Counted from the first letter of the stretch, positions 10,188-22,670 are shown. The stretch: 64,000 nucleotides of DNA from Hemiscyllium ocellatum (GCF_020745735.1 NC_083412.1:21198235-21262234), one strand, 5' to 3'. The notes: a model not told the origin generated them from the letters alone. Numbers and translations: made by a program.

Positions 10188-12383
10188 CCTGTATATATTC
10201 TGTCAGCCAGGGCTCCCTGATTGGATCAGATAAACATTCCAAATCAGTGAAGTCATATTCTACGACATTCACCTGGCTGACGTTGTTATAGTTACTACAA
10301 CCCTCCCTGCCTGAGTGAGGACATAGGCTGTTTTATTTTGTAGCTTTTCCTGCAGTGTTTTAGCACCAGAGCAGGTTGCCTCTGCCTCTGATGCGGGTTG
10401 CACAGTAGCTCGCCTCTTGCATCCGAAGCATCTCGGAAGAAATTAATTTTCCTCTTCAGGCAGTCGAGCTGGACACATTTTGCTCCTGTGCCGTTTGTGA
10501 TTTTGCAGCTTTTATATAGTTCACATGCTTGTTCAGGACCATTCCACTTCACCAACTTTATTCATCACCAGACCTAACCTCGGATTCACCATGCCTATTG
10601 CCCATGCAGGGCCATTCCCATGTTTCCTAAACCAAACTGCTCACTGAAGTAATCTGTCTGTCTTGCTTACTGGACTCATGTGTCTGACATTGGCATTTCT
10701 GATGCCATTTCACCCTCCCTCCAGGTCCAGGAAGATCATATTTAACCTGGTCAGTGCCTTCTCCCTATTAGCAACTCTGCTGGAGCTATCTGCAGTTGCA
10801 TGACAGTGGTCCTACAATCAAATAGGAACTGGGACAGTTTGATTTCTAGTGAAGTTGTAGGGTGTTTCTTTAAGACTGCCTTCAAAGTTTGGACTGCTGT
10901 TTCTGCCAGACCATTGAATGATGGATGGTATGGAGCTGTCGTTATATGATGAATACCATTCAACTTTAGGGAATACTCAAATTCCCTGCTGTTAATTGAT
11001 GGCATGTTATTTGTGACCAACACTTCCAGTAATCCATGTATTGCAAAGGATTCACACAGTATTTCTGTTTTTGTCCCCATATTTGAATGAACTTTGTACA
11101 TGTCCAACCATTAAGACTGAGCATCCACAATGATTAAGAACTTTGAGCCCAAGAAATGATCTGCATAGTTGACATGTAACTGAGTCCAGGGTTTGCCCAG
11201 CTATTCCCATGCCTGTAGTGTAACTGCTGGCAGTAACTTTTGTCCTTGTTGGAACTCTGGGCACTGCCTCATCAAAGTGGCTTTGTCTGCATCCAATTCT
11301 GGTAACCAGACATGACTTCTCACTAACACCATCATTTTGGAAACCCCTGGATGATCTTGGTGGAGGTTCAGCCAGTATCTGTTGACGACCTTTGCTCAGA
11401 ACAGTCACTCTTCCTCTTCATAATAATATCGCGTCCTCTACTGTGATCTGGTCTCTCTGGGTCCAAAAAAATTTCAATTCTGGTTGTGACAACTCATTGG
11501 TTTCCCCATCACCACCAACTGTTTCAGTTTTGCCAGGACCATATCTTTTTGTATCCAAAGTCTAATATTACCAGCTGTGACTGGAAGTATGTCCAGAAAA
11601 TTTAAAACTATTACAAACTTTTCCAATGGCAGAACTACCAGTGTGTATATGCTAGCAGGAGGTGGCCGAAAGTGTCCACATTTGTCACTTGGTCTTCCAG
11701 ATGGTGTTCCAACTTATACCCATTCAGTATTAGAGCCCACCGCTGAATTTGCCCTGAAGCTATGGGCAGCACTGCTTTGCCTTCTTTATGATTTGGAGAT
11801 ACCGGTGCTGGACTGGGATGTACAAAGTTAAAAATCACTCAACACCCCAGGTTATAGTCCAACAGGTTTAATTGGAAGCACACTAGCTTTCGGCGTGACA
11901 CTCGTTCATCAGGTGGTAGTGGAGGGCTCAATCCTAACGCACAGAATTTATAGCAAAAATTTACAGTGTGATGTAACTGAAATTATACATTGAAAAATTG
12001 ATTGTCTGTTAAGCCTTTCATCTGGTAGAATACAGTGATAGTTTCACTTCTTTCACCTTTTTTTAAAAAATTGCATTCTCGGGTTAGCTGTTAACAATGG
12101 GGATAGCTAGACAATATATTGAAGGTGTTGGTCCCCTGTGTTCTCTGTCTATGCCATGATGTTTAGATTGATTCTAATCTAAAAAGTGAGATAACGGAGT
12201 TTTTGAGCTCAGAGTTCTACATGAATGTATGCAGTTTTTGAGCAAAGTACAATGTAACCCTGCAAGTACAAAGTCACCCCACAAAATATATGTGTGCATG
12301 TGGGTCTGTGTGTGTGTGTGTCTGGGTTGGGGGTTGTGAGTGTGAGAAAGTGTACGTGTGTGTGGTGAGTGCAGAGTGTCTTA

Positions 12384-13365
12384 AGTTTTACAATATATGT
12401 TAATGATATAGAAGATGGTATCAGCAATAACATTAGCAAATTTGATGATAATACAAAGCTGGGTGGCAGGGTGAAATGTGATGAGGATGTTAGGAGATTA
12501 CAGGGTGACCTGGACAAGTTAGGTGAGTGGGCAGATGCATGGCAGATGCAGTTTAATGTGGATAAATGTATGGTTATCCACTTTGGTGGCAAGAACAGGA
12601 AGGCAGATTACTACTTCAATGGAATTAACTTAGGTAAAGGGGCAATACTGAGAGATCTGGGTGTTCTTGTACACCAGTCAATGAAGGCAAGCATGCAGGT
12701 ACAGCAGGTAGTGAAGAAGGCTAATAGCATGCTGGCCTTCATAACAAAAGGGATTAAGTATAGAAGCAAAGAGGTGCTTCTGCAGCTGTACAGGGCCCTG
12801 ATGAGACCACACCTGGAGTACTGTGTGCAGTTCTGGTCTCCAAATTGGAGGAAAGACATTCTGGCTATTGGGGGAGTGCAGCGTAGGTTCACAAGGTCAA
12901 TTCCTGGAATGGAGGGATTACCTTACACTGAAAGACTGGAGCGACTGGGCTTGTATACCCTTGAGTTTAGAAGACTGAGAGGGAATATGATTGAGACATA
13001 TAAGATTATGAAAGGATTGGACACTCTGGCAGCAGGCAACATGTTTCCGCTGATGGGTGAGTGTCGAACCAGAGGATACAGCTTAAAAATACGGGATAGA
13101 CCATTTAGGACAGAGATGAGGAGAAACTTCTTCACCCAGAGAGTGGTGGCTGTGTGGAATGCTCTGCCCCAGAGGGCAGTGGAGGCCCAGTCTCTGGATT
13201 CATTTAACAAAGAGTTGGCTAGAGCTCTCAAAGATAGTGGAATCAAGGGTTATGGAGATAAGGCAGGAAGCGGATACTGATTAGGAATGATCAGCCATGA
13301 TCATATTGAATAGCGATGCAGGCTCGAAGGGCTGAATGGCCTACTCCTGCACCTATTGTCTATTG
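12384..13365 (+). mobile_element. 5'-truncated CR1 LINE nested in the Penelope element
   Basis: ORF 12369-13280: CR1 ORF2 RT C-terminus (SKFDDNTKLGG; LEYCVQFWSP; RRNFFTQRVV), plus 3' tail. Confidence 0.9.
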
Positions 13366-14046
13366 TCTGTGAGGGGGTGCATGTGAGAGTGTGGGATGTG
13401 TGTGTGTCTGTAAGGGTGTGTGTCCGTGTGTATGTGTGTTTAGGAATGCCTGTGTGTACGTGTGTAGGAATATCTGTGTGTGTGTATATAGTGCAATGGT
13501 GGTCATCTGTAATGTGACATGAACCCAAGGTCCCGGTTGAGGCCCCCTTTATGGGTACCAAACTTAGCTATCAGCCTCTGCTCGGCCACTTTTCTCTGCT
13601 GCATGTCCCGTAGTCCACCTTGGAGATGGTCACCTGAAGGTCTGGACCTGAATGTCCTGGACCACTGAAGAGTTCCCCAACTGGGAAGGAACCCTCCTGT
13701 CTGTTGATTGTTGTGCAGTGCCCATTCATCCATTGTCGTAGCCTTTGCTCGGTTTTGCCTCCGGGCAAAGGCTACGACAACGGATGAATGGCATAGACAG
13801 AGAACACAGGGGGCCAACACCTTCAACATATTGTCTAGCTATCACCGTTGTTAACAACTAACCTGAGAATGTTACTTTTTAAAAAAAAGGTTTTGTGATT
13901 TACACATGAAAGAAGTGAAACTATCACTGTATTCTAACAGATGAAAGACTTAACAGACAATCAAATTTTCAATGTATAATTTCAGTTACATCACACTGTA
14001 AATTTTTGCTATAAATTCTGTGCGTTAGGATTGAGCCCTCCACTAA

Positions 14047-14081
14047 GACCTGATGAAGGAGCGTCGCTCCGAAAGCTAGTG
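14047..14081 (+). ncRNA. Minimal hammerhead motif in a Penelope pLTR
   Basis: CTGATGA-A-GGAGC-GTC-GCTCC-GAAA-GC-TA-GTG; stem I partly mutated; degenerate inverted partner at 11881-11915. Confidence 0.55.
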
Positions 14082-15730
14082 TGCTTCCAATTAAACCTGT
14101 TGGACTATAACCTGGTGTTGTGTAATTTTTAACTTTGTCTTCTTTAGGTAGACATAGCAGGCATTTGTGCTCTGTTATTATTACAAAAGATATTGGTGGA
14201 ACTTCCTGATTCCAAATTTGACTGACAAACCTTCTTTCTCTATCTCGGCGTATTTATGATCTATATTAACCTAAGTCTTGGATGCATACACTATTGCTCT
14301 TTCCTCTCCCTATTGGGCCACCTATGAGCTAATGCTACCCCAATACCCTATGGGAGGCATTGCATGTCAATACCTGACCTTGCTTTGGATCACAGCGTGC
14401 AAACAACCCAGAGGAAGATAGCTGTTTCTTCACTTCCCTAAAGATTATGACTTGGCTCAGGAACCATTCCCAAAGCTGACCCTTTAAGAGTTGATGCACA
14501 GGTGCCAGGATTGAAGCCAGGTTATCTATGAACTTTCCATAACAGTTCACTAACCCAAGGAAAGTCCTCAGCTCCACTACTGATGTGAATAGTGGGGCAT
14601 TTTGATCACCCTCACTTTGTCTTCTAACGAGTGTAACCCAATCTTGTTGACTCTGTAGCCCAAGTAGGTCACTTGGAGTGCCTGGAACACACATCTTTCC
14701 CTTTCAAGGCATACGCTCGCCTGGGAGAAATGTCTAAGGACTATGTCCAAGTTCTCTAAGTGCTCCTTATTGGTCTTGCCTGTGATTAGCACAACACGTA
14801 GGTAAACGTTCTCCTTCATCCACTGAAAAATTGCACAGGCTGAAGATATCCCAAATGACAGCCTCATGTGTTGGTACAAAACCTTCTGAGTATTCATTAC
14901 AACATACTTCTGGGAATCCTCATCTAACCACAATTGCAAGTATGCATGACTGATGTCCAGCTTCATGAAGGATAGCCTCCCTGCGAGATTTATGTATAAA
15001 TCCTCTAAGCAAGGGATCCAGCTGTGGGCAGTGTTTGCTTAAAATCCCCACAAAGGCGATTTCACAATCAAGTAGTGCTGACCATTCTGCAAACTGGACT
15101 GATTTGATGATTCCTTCACTTTCCAGCCTTCTGATTTCTGCCTCTATTTTTGTGAGAAAGGCAAATGGCACTGGGTAGGTCTTGCAGAATTGTGAAATGG
15201 CTTCCTGGTCAACATGCAAAGTGGCCTTGGCTCTTTTGATAGTCCCTCGACCAGCCTGAAAATCCTCTGGGTATCTAAATACTCAGGCAGCCATTTTCTA
15301 TTCGAAAAATGATGAGCAAATCTAGGTAAATCTTACTCAGCCAATTGTGCACGATTGAGCCTGGGCCCGAGCCTTTTACTACAATCATTGGTAACTGAAC
15401 CATCTGTTTCTCATAAGAGACCGGAACCAAAGTTGTACGCTTAATCCGTGAAGGATCCTTGTTATAGCTTCTCATTCTAGCCAAGGTCTTGTGCAAATTT
15501 ACAGGTTGGAATCCAAATCAAATTTTGTTAAAGACTTGTTCTGTGATCGCTGAAATGGCTGTATCAATATGAACCTCCATTAAGGCAAAATTACCATTTA
15601 ACCAGACATTTATTTTGTTTGCTTCTGATTTTTCTGAACAATTTAACTTTTCAAAACACATACAGGTGGACTATCCAGGATGTGCACTCTCCTGGATACT
15701 GGCCTATGTGTTCTCTTACTCAATTTAGGG

Positions 15731-17229
15731 TCATAAGACACAGGAGCAGAAACTAGGCCATTCAATCAAGGCTGATAAGTTTCTCAATTCTATTCTCCCA
15801 CTTTCTCCCCATAATCCTTGATCCCCTTCATACTCAAGAATCTATCTCTCTCATTCTTAAATATATTCAATGACCTGGCCTCCACAGCCTCCTGTGGTAA
15901 TGAATTCCATAAATTCACCATCTTCTGGCTGAAGAAGTTTCTCTTTATCTCCATTCTAAAAGGTCTTCCCTTGACTCTCAGGCTATGCCCTCAGGTCCTA
16001 GTCTCTCTTACCAATGGAAACAACTTCCCAACGTCTACTCTGTCAAGTCATTCTGTATTCTATATGTTTCAATTAGATCACCTCTCATCCTTCTAAAACC
16101 ATTGAGTATAAACCTAGAGTCCTAAAACGTTCCTCATAAGTTTTTTTAGATTACTTACAGTGTGGAAACAGGCCCTTCGGCCCAACAAGTCCACACCGAC
16201 CCGCCGAAGCGCAACCCACCCATACCCCTACCCCTACATATACCCCTTACCTAACACTATGGGCAATTTAGCATGGCCAATTCACCTGACCCGCACATCT
16301 TTGGACTGTGGGAGGAAACCGGAGCACCCGGAGGAAACCCACGCAGACACGGGGAGAACGTGCAAACTCCACACAGTCAGTCGCCTGAGGTGGGAATTGA
16401 ACCCAGGTCCCTGGCGCTGTGAGGCAGCAGTGCTAACCACTGTGCCACCGTGCCACCCTTTGCATTCCAGGGACCATTTTCATGAATCTCCTCTGAACAT
16501 TCCCCAGGGCCAGGATATCCTTCCTGGGATATTCAGCCCAAAACTGCACTCAATACCCCAAATGTGGTCTGACCAGAGCTTTATAGAACCTCAGAAGTAC
16601 AGCCCTACATTTATATTTGAGTCCTCTCAAAACAAATGCCATGATTGCCTTCCTAACTACCGACTCAACTTGCAGGTTTACCTTGAGAGAATCTTGGACT
16701 AGAACAGCCAAGTCTCTTTGTACTTCAGACTTCTGAATTTAGTCCCCATTTAGAACATAGAGTATTCTTACTACCAAAGCACATGATCTCACATTTTCCC
16801 ATATAGTACTTCATCTGTCACTTCTTTGCCCACTCTCCTAACCTGTCCAAATTCTTCTGCAGTCTCCCCACCTCCTCTGTGCTGTCCCTCTACCTATCTT
16901 TGTATCATCTGCAAACATAACTGGAATGCCCTCAGTTCCTTCATCCAGATGGTTAATGAACAAAGTGAAAAGTTGCGGTCCCAACACTGAGCATTGCGGA
17001 ACACCATAGTCACCAGCTACCATCCTGAGAAAGACCCTTTTATCCACACTGTCTGCTTTCTGCCAGACAACCAAGCTTCTATCTATGCTAACACCTAGCC
17101 TCTGACACCATGGGCCGTTATCTAACTCAGTAGCCTCCTGTGTGGCACCTTGTCAAAGGCCTTCTTGAATTCCAGGTAGATAACATCTGTTGGACCTCCT
17201 CGGCCTAACCTGCTCCTTACTTCCTCAAA
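15731..17229 (-). mobile_element. CR1 LINE fragment nested in Gypsy, itself containing an HE1 SINE
   Basis: KKAFDKVPHRRLL; GVPQCSVLGPQLF; FADDTKIG; 3' tail at 15731. Confidence 0.85.
16146..16457 (-). mobile_element. HE1-like V-SINE (young)
   Basis: Full head, V-domain and tail; closely similar to the copies at 25574 and 42163. Confidence 0.9.
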
Positions 17230-18719
17230 GTCAACATGGGGTTCTTTGCTATCTCGGATCCACATACCGGCAGCAACTATAATGACTTGCCAACCTGGAT
17301 CCCAAAGAGATTTTAACTGTTTGGCCGAGGTTTGACTTTGTTTTAGGGTTTTGCTGGGTACTGAACTAAAGTCCTTCTGTTCAGGATATGTCCTGAGTGA
17401 GGCTATGCAATTACCTTCACTGAAGTGGTGTTCCCCAACTTCAGTCGGTCTGTCAAGGGTGTCCACTTCCATTGGAATATCCTGCAACTTACATGCTCCT
17501 TTTGCCATATTTTCCAATGATAATTTGTAGTTGTGGTCCCTGTTTGAAGTACTGTTGGGCTTCAGCTAGTAGGTGATTTTGCATGGTTGCATCATTAATC
17601 CCACAGATCAAACAGTGTCTCAGCATAACATTAAAGGTTAAACCAAAGTCATATGTTTCTGTCAGTCATCATAAGACGGTCAAAAATCCCAATACAGATT
17701 TCCCCTGGTTCTCGAATTTCCATGTAAAACCAATAGCATCACAGAATTAGAGGAGGCTCGGGGTTGTAGTATTCCTTAGCTAAATCAATCAACACTTGAA
17801 AGGTTTTAGAATCTGATGCCTCAGAAAGTTAGGCTTGAATTACCCAAAAGAGCTGTAGGTCCGTAAGCTCTCAGGAGAATTACTCATTGCTTTTCCTCTG
17901 CCCCAATGTCATTACTTTTTTAAAAAAAACACATTTTTTCCACATACTGGGCTGAGTCTTTGATGGTAGGAAGAAACAATTCAAGCTTCCCAAGTAATGA
18001 CATGATGCCAGACATGCAGAAGCAGGCCAGTTAGATAGAAGTGGAGGTTTCTGGTCACTGTCGGGGCCTGTTGCAGGCCAGATCATGATCCAGTTTTGAC
18101 AATTTCTCACTGGGGAAGTGACCAGTTTTCTGAAGGGAGTGAATTCAAGTGGTGCTCCCTCCTGGGAGTCTTCTGAACCTGGCAAGTCTCCCAGATTTGG
18201 TTGGGCAAAGGTTCTGTTGTTCTGCCATTGAAGGGCACGATGTAGGCAAGGCTGTGACCCTGTCAGAATGATAACCCACCTGGGGAAGTGGACTATTTTC
18301 AGCTGGGAATGAGCCCAGGCTGTGCTTCCTCCTGGGAGACTTCCAAGCCTGCAAGTGAATTTCCCTCAGAAAGTGTCTTCCCTTATCGCCACTGAAATAA
18401 CTGCAAGTCACCCTTCATTTACACATGGAGAGTCAGCAACACTGATCCAGTTCCCTCAGAGCCAGCTATCAGAGTGACCAGAACTTCTGGTACTCCTGTT
18501 TATATCTACCAACCAGTGCACCCTGGTAGGGAACTGAGTCCACCTGGCTGATCTGGTTACAACCACTACGGGGTGACCAGCAGACAAAATGCAAATTATA
18601 AATATACAGTTTTATAAAGCACAAATAAAACGCATTCCATATTTTATTTTATTAGATCCTGGGTTGCATTCAACACAAAAAGAAAAAGTGATCTTGAGTT
18701 CGACAAGGTCTGGGAGACC

Positions 18720-18917
18720 ACAGTGATTGGATTGAGTGGCTAGGAGGGGGCTCGTTGGGCCGAACGGTCGATTCGCGCGAGCGACGCTGAGTCTCGCGCC
18801 TTCCCAGCCACCGCGCCTTCGGTGGCCGCGCGCGCGTAGGCGCAGACGCACACGCACGAACCCACCTCGCGCGTTCCGGCAGCGGCGGTTGTCAAGTAGC
18901 TTCGACGCTGACTGGAA
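18720..18917 (+). promoter_or_regulatory. NUDT15 CpG-island promoter
   Basis: Very CpG-rich; ATTGG (reverse CCAAT) 18726-18730; NRF1-like GCGCGTAGGCGC ~18832-18843; ETS-like TTCCGG 18874-18879. Confidence 0.7.
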
Positions 18918-19075
18918 ATGGCCGGCTCCGAACGTCCTCCGCTCCGCCGGCCGGCAGTTGGAGTGGGGGTTGTGGTGACTTGCCGGGAGCGGCCGGGCTG
19001 CGTCCTGCTCGGGATAAGGAAAGGCTCGGTCGGAGCAGGTACTTACCAGCTGCCCGGGGGCCACCTGGAGTTCGG
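18918..19075 (+). CDS. NUDT15: Nudix hydrolase 15, exon 1 (158 nt)
   Basis: [53 protein letters not shown], colinear with human NUDT15; GG|GTACAA donor. Confidence 0.96.
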
Positions 19076-20270
19076 GTACAAGTCTCCTCCGATTAATGCC
19101 TGATCGCTTTGTAACGAGTGCGCGATGTGCGGCGTGAGGGGGTGCACCGTTTTTATTTTCATGTCGGTATCGTGATTAGTTTCCTTTTCAGAAATGATTG
19201 ACACTTTATTGTATTCTGACTTAAGGCGCATCCAAAAAAAATGCGGCGTCTACACCTCGTTGGAATCGGTGATTGAAACTCTGATGGTTGGTCTTAACCG
19301 TTTGCTCATCTTCCCTCGCAGCAATCACATGCAAGGGAGATTGTGTCCACACAGTCACCTCAATTTACCATCCCTTAGCACCCCAACGTGCCCCCTCTGG
19401 AATGGTATTGAGTATTGCCAACCTTGTCATCGCCCCCTCTTTTTGTTCTGTCCTCTATAACTACATCCTAGTTCTGGAGATGATAGATGCAAAATGTTCA
19501 TTTCGTACCACAAGAGATCTCCTTCCAGGCATCCTTTTATTATCCTTTTGCTATTTATATTCGGGATTACAGAATTGTGGGAGTTTGCACACTCTGTGTG
19601 TACTGTTGCTGTGCATCTTAATGATTTAACCATTCATACTTTTTTTTATTTAGCAATGAATAATTAAGAATGGGGAGGCAAGGAGGATAGAATTCATTGC
19701 CTAATTATGGCACTGTAAATTCGTCAGTCAGCTCAAGAATGACCCAGGAGCTATTATGAAGTGATCTCAGTACATTTCCTAGTAGTAGAATACCAATTGA
19801 AGAATGTCATAGATGCAAATAAACTTAAGGGTTGGGGAAGCTCTGTGCTTCCAAAGAAGACCCATTTGGGACTTGAGCTATTAACTGTTTCTCTCTTCAC
19901 AAATGTTAACAATGGACTTCTGCAACACTTTGTTTTCATTTCAAATCTCCACTGTATTTTGCTTTTATTATCAATACAAATATTGGAACACCAACATGCT
20001 ATATCTTTCAGTTTAATTTTTCTTGACTTACAGGGGCAAGAGAGGAAACGAGTACAGTTTATAGTGCAGTTTGACCAAAAGAAAATTAATGTGTGTGGGC
20101 TGATTGGCCTCCATCTGTGCTGCAAATCTTTCAATGTAAATGAAAATTTGAAATTATTCCTGGGGCCTCTTTGTTCATACCATGCAAGAACTTTTTTTAA
20201 AAAAGTATTTGTAAGTTTGGAAAGTTTGAGAATTTGTATCAACATGACTTATTTTTAAACTTTTTAATAG

Positions 20271-20467
20271 AGAAAGCTGGGAAGACTGTGCTAAGCGGGA
20301 AGTTCTGGAAGAGACAGGGCTTCACATGAAGAATATGTGCTTTGCTGCAGTTGTCAATTGTATCAAATTAGAAGAAAATTACCACTACGTCACAATTTTC
20401 ATGCAAGGAGAAGTCAATACAGATTATGATTCAGAGCCAAAGAACCTAGAACCTCAGAAAAATGAAG
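20271..20467 (+). CDS. NUDT15: NUDT15 exon 2 (197 nt; completes the Nudix box)
   Basis: aatag|A acceptor; [65 protein letters not shown]; G|GTAAAT donor. Confidence 0.96.
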
Positions 20468-21016
20468 GTAAATTTGTAATATTAAGTTTTGAGTTTTTAC
20501 AAGTAACGAAAGCAAGATTGTAAATCCAATCACAGCCTTGGACCATCTTATCGCCTCTCATTATCATTTCTTTCATTTAAAAAAATACGACCTGCTTTAT
20601 AATGAAATCATTCTCTGTTGTGAGGCACTGCCAAAGAATAATGATACGCTGTATTAACTTCTGACTTCAAGATAAAAGTAATTCTCCAGAACACATCTTT
20701 ACAGCAATTCTAGCCTCAGTATTAATTTTAAAGCTACTTATAACATTACAGTGAATCGCCAACATATTTCTAAAGCATGTCATAATTTAGAACAAGCAGA
20801 AAACTTTGCTGGAGTATTTTCTCCCATTGTATTAATCGTTCTGTGCAGTAATGATTCATTTGTAAACTCGCCAAAGGAAGCAGTTTAAATTAAACTGTGA
20901 AAATATTTTGGTACTGATATAAAGATATATTTAATTTGATTCTTCCCACACTGATTTGCACATGAATCTGTCTGGAACTTGGAGTTGAGTTGAATGCTTC
21001 ATTTTTTTAAAGAGAA

Positions 21017-21700
21017 AATCCTCATGGGACATGGACAACACTGACTGGGCCACTATTTATTGCTCATCCCTATTTAGCCTTCAGAAGATGGTGGTGAACT
21101 GCCCTCTTGAAACGGTGCTGTCATGTGCTGTAGGTAAACCCACAATGCCCTTATGGAGGGAATTCCAGAACTTTGACCCAGCAACAGTAAAGGAATGGCA
21201 ATATATTTGTAAGTCAGGATTATGAATGGTTTGTAGGGGAACTTGTAAGTGGTGGTGTTCCCATGTATCTACTGCCCTTGATCTTATAGATGGAAGTGGT
21301 CATGGGTTTGGAAGATGCAGTGTAAGGATCTTCGGTGAACTTCTGCAGTGCATCTTGTAGATGGTACACACTGCTCTACTGAGTGTGTTGTTTATGGAGG
21401 GTATGGATGCTTATGGAGGTGAAGCCAGTCAAGCAGTTTGCTTTATTCTGGATGGTGTCAAGCTCTTTGAGTGTTGTTGGACCTGCACCAGGCAAGTGGG
21501 GAGTTATCACCATCATACTCTTGAATTTTGCCTAGTAGGCTTTGGGGAATCAGGTGAGTTACTCACTATAGTATTCCTCGGGTCTGATCTGCTGTTGTAG
21601 CCACTACGTTGATATGGTGAGTCCAGCTAGGTTTCTGGTCAATGATAACCCCGAGGATGTTGATAGTGAGGATTCAGTGATGGTAACACAATTGAATGTC
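21017..21700 (-). mobile_element. L2-group (L2/Crack/Daphne-like) LINE 3' fragment
   Basis: Minus strand reads TFNCVTITES..INILGVIIDQKPSWTHHIN; related plus-strand fragment at ~37780-38045. Confidence 0.6.
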
Positions 21701-22542
21701 AATTTTCATTTATTCTGGGTATTCTCAAAGTGAGGGTTGAGTCACAAGCTGATTCTTTGGGGCGTTGACTCCTGTCTCCGTTCTCTCATGGGTCTTCTCC
21801 TCTACCGCCACCACTCAAGCCTCGAGCTAGGTCACAGTGGGAAAATATTTGGGAAGCATGGGTATGTTCGTTTTTCCAATATTTTATGTGTTGCACAAAC
21901 ACATTGCTTGGATTTAGGCATATAAAACTGACTCCAAAGGTGAATGTATGATCAGTTAAATGCAATATTGCCCTAAATGTTGTTCTACTTTGTTTTTATT
22001 GCATCACACCATGGGGGTTTTATGCAGCAAAAAGTGTGGTGAAATAGGATGTGATATGATTTTGTTTGAAGCAGCAACTTCTGTCAGTTCAACTGCAAAT
22101 GCAGTATTTTGCCAATATCTTGTCAGTTACTCGTTTCACCAAGTAATGATTATCTTGAGTGACTCTTTGGGATCAAGATGGTTTCGGAATGACTCATCCA
22201 ACAACTGGGGTATGGAATCACGTACATTTTTCCACTGGAGACTTGATAACTCTTAAATTGCAAATATTGCTCCATTATTTTCAATCTATAGAGATTTTCT
22301 ACTCACATTGGCCAGATTGGATTCGTATAAATGGGTGTAGAGATTGCGATATTTGAATTTGAAACTTAAGTTTCTGCTTATTCGTGGACATAAAGAATCT
22401 TGTTTCAGTTGTTTCACTGTTTCAGCATCAGATCTGAAAACCATACAACTTGGGCTTTCATAATACCTTTCACCAAGTCTTTCCCATCCAATTAAGTACC
22501 TGTTTAGAACATAAATTTCACACGAGCCTGTCTTTATTCTAG

Positions 22543-22670
22543 GTTGGGAGTGGACCAAGTGGGAAGACTTACCACCAGCGGATGAGCTATTTTGTCCTTT
22601 AGCACGTGTAAGACAAGTTTATCATCCTTTTGAAGAAAAACCTAAAAATGCTGGTGGAAATCACCATTAA
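22543..22670 (+). CDS. NUDT15: NUDT15 exon 3 (terminal; joined CDS 483 nt, 160 aa)
   Basis: ttctag|GT acceptor; GWEWTKWEDLPPADELFCPLARVRQVYHPFEEKPKNAGGNHH*; AATAAA at 22802-22807. Confidence 0.94.

Larger units (their letters stand above)
11789..14138 (-). mobile_element. Penelope-like element (GIY-YIG 3' part plus inverted pseudo-LTRs) nested in Gypsy pol
   Basis: GIY-YIG remnant GKTEQRLRQWMNGH..PVGE..AEQRLIAKFGTHKGGLNRD (13503-13790); ~340 bp inverted termini 11820-12155 / 13790-14138; TSD CTTCTTTA at 11781-11788 and 14139-14146; hammerhead motifs in both termini. Confidence 0.85.
8124..18570 (-). mobile_element. Decayed Ty3/Gypsy LTR retrotransposon with nested insertions
   Basis: Minus-strand fragments in Gypsy order: gag (INDATMQNHLLAE ~17560-17600), protease (15275-15496), RT (KLDISHAYLQ..RLSFGISSACAIFQ; ELRTFLGLVNCYGKFI), integrase (APYHPSFNGLAETAVQTLK, 10751-11107). 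Diverged LTR homology between 8158-8250+10188-10299 and 18406-18570; PPT-like GGCAGGGAGGGT 10311-10300; PBS-like TGGCGATAAGG ~18391-18381. Outer limits approximate. Confidence 0.8.

Noticed and set aside
16160-16702. Recurring 'MWKQALRPNKST..LDCGRKPEHPEETHADTGR' ORFs
   Set aside because: Antisense translations of the V-SINE, not a gene family.
19754-20258. Overlapping ~165-aa ORFs on both strands in NUDT15 intron 1
   Set aside because: No recognisable domain, low-information composition, and they run through a degenerate Penelope-end fragment (~19850-19960); most likely chance frames.
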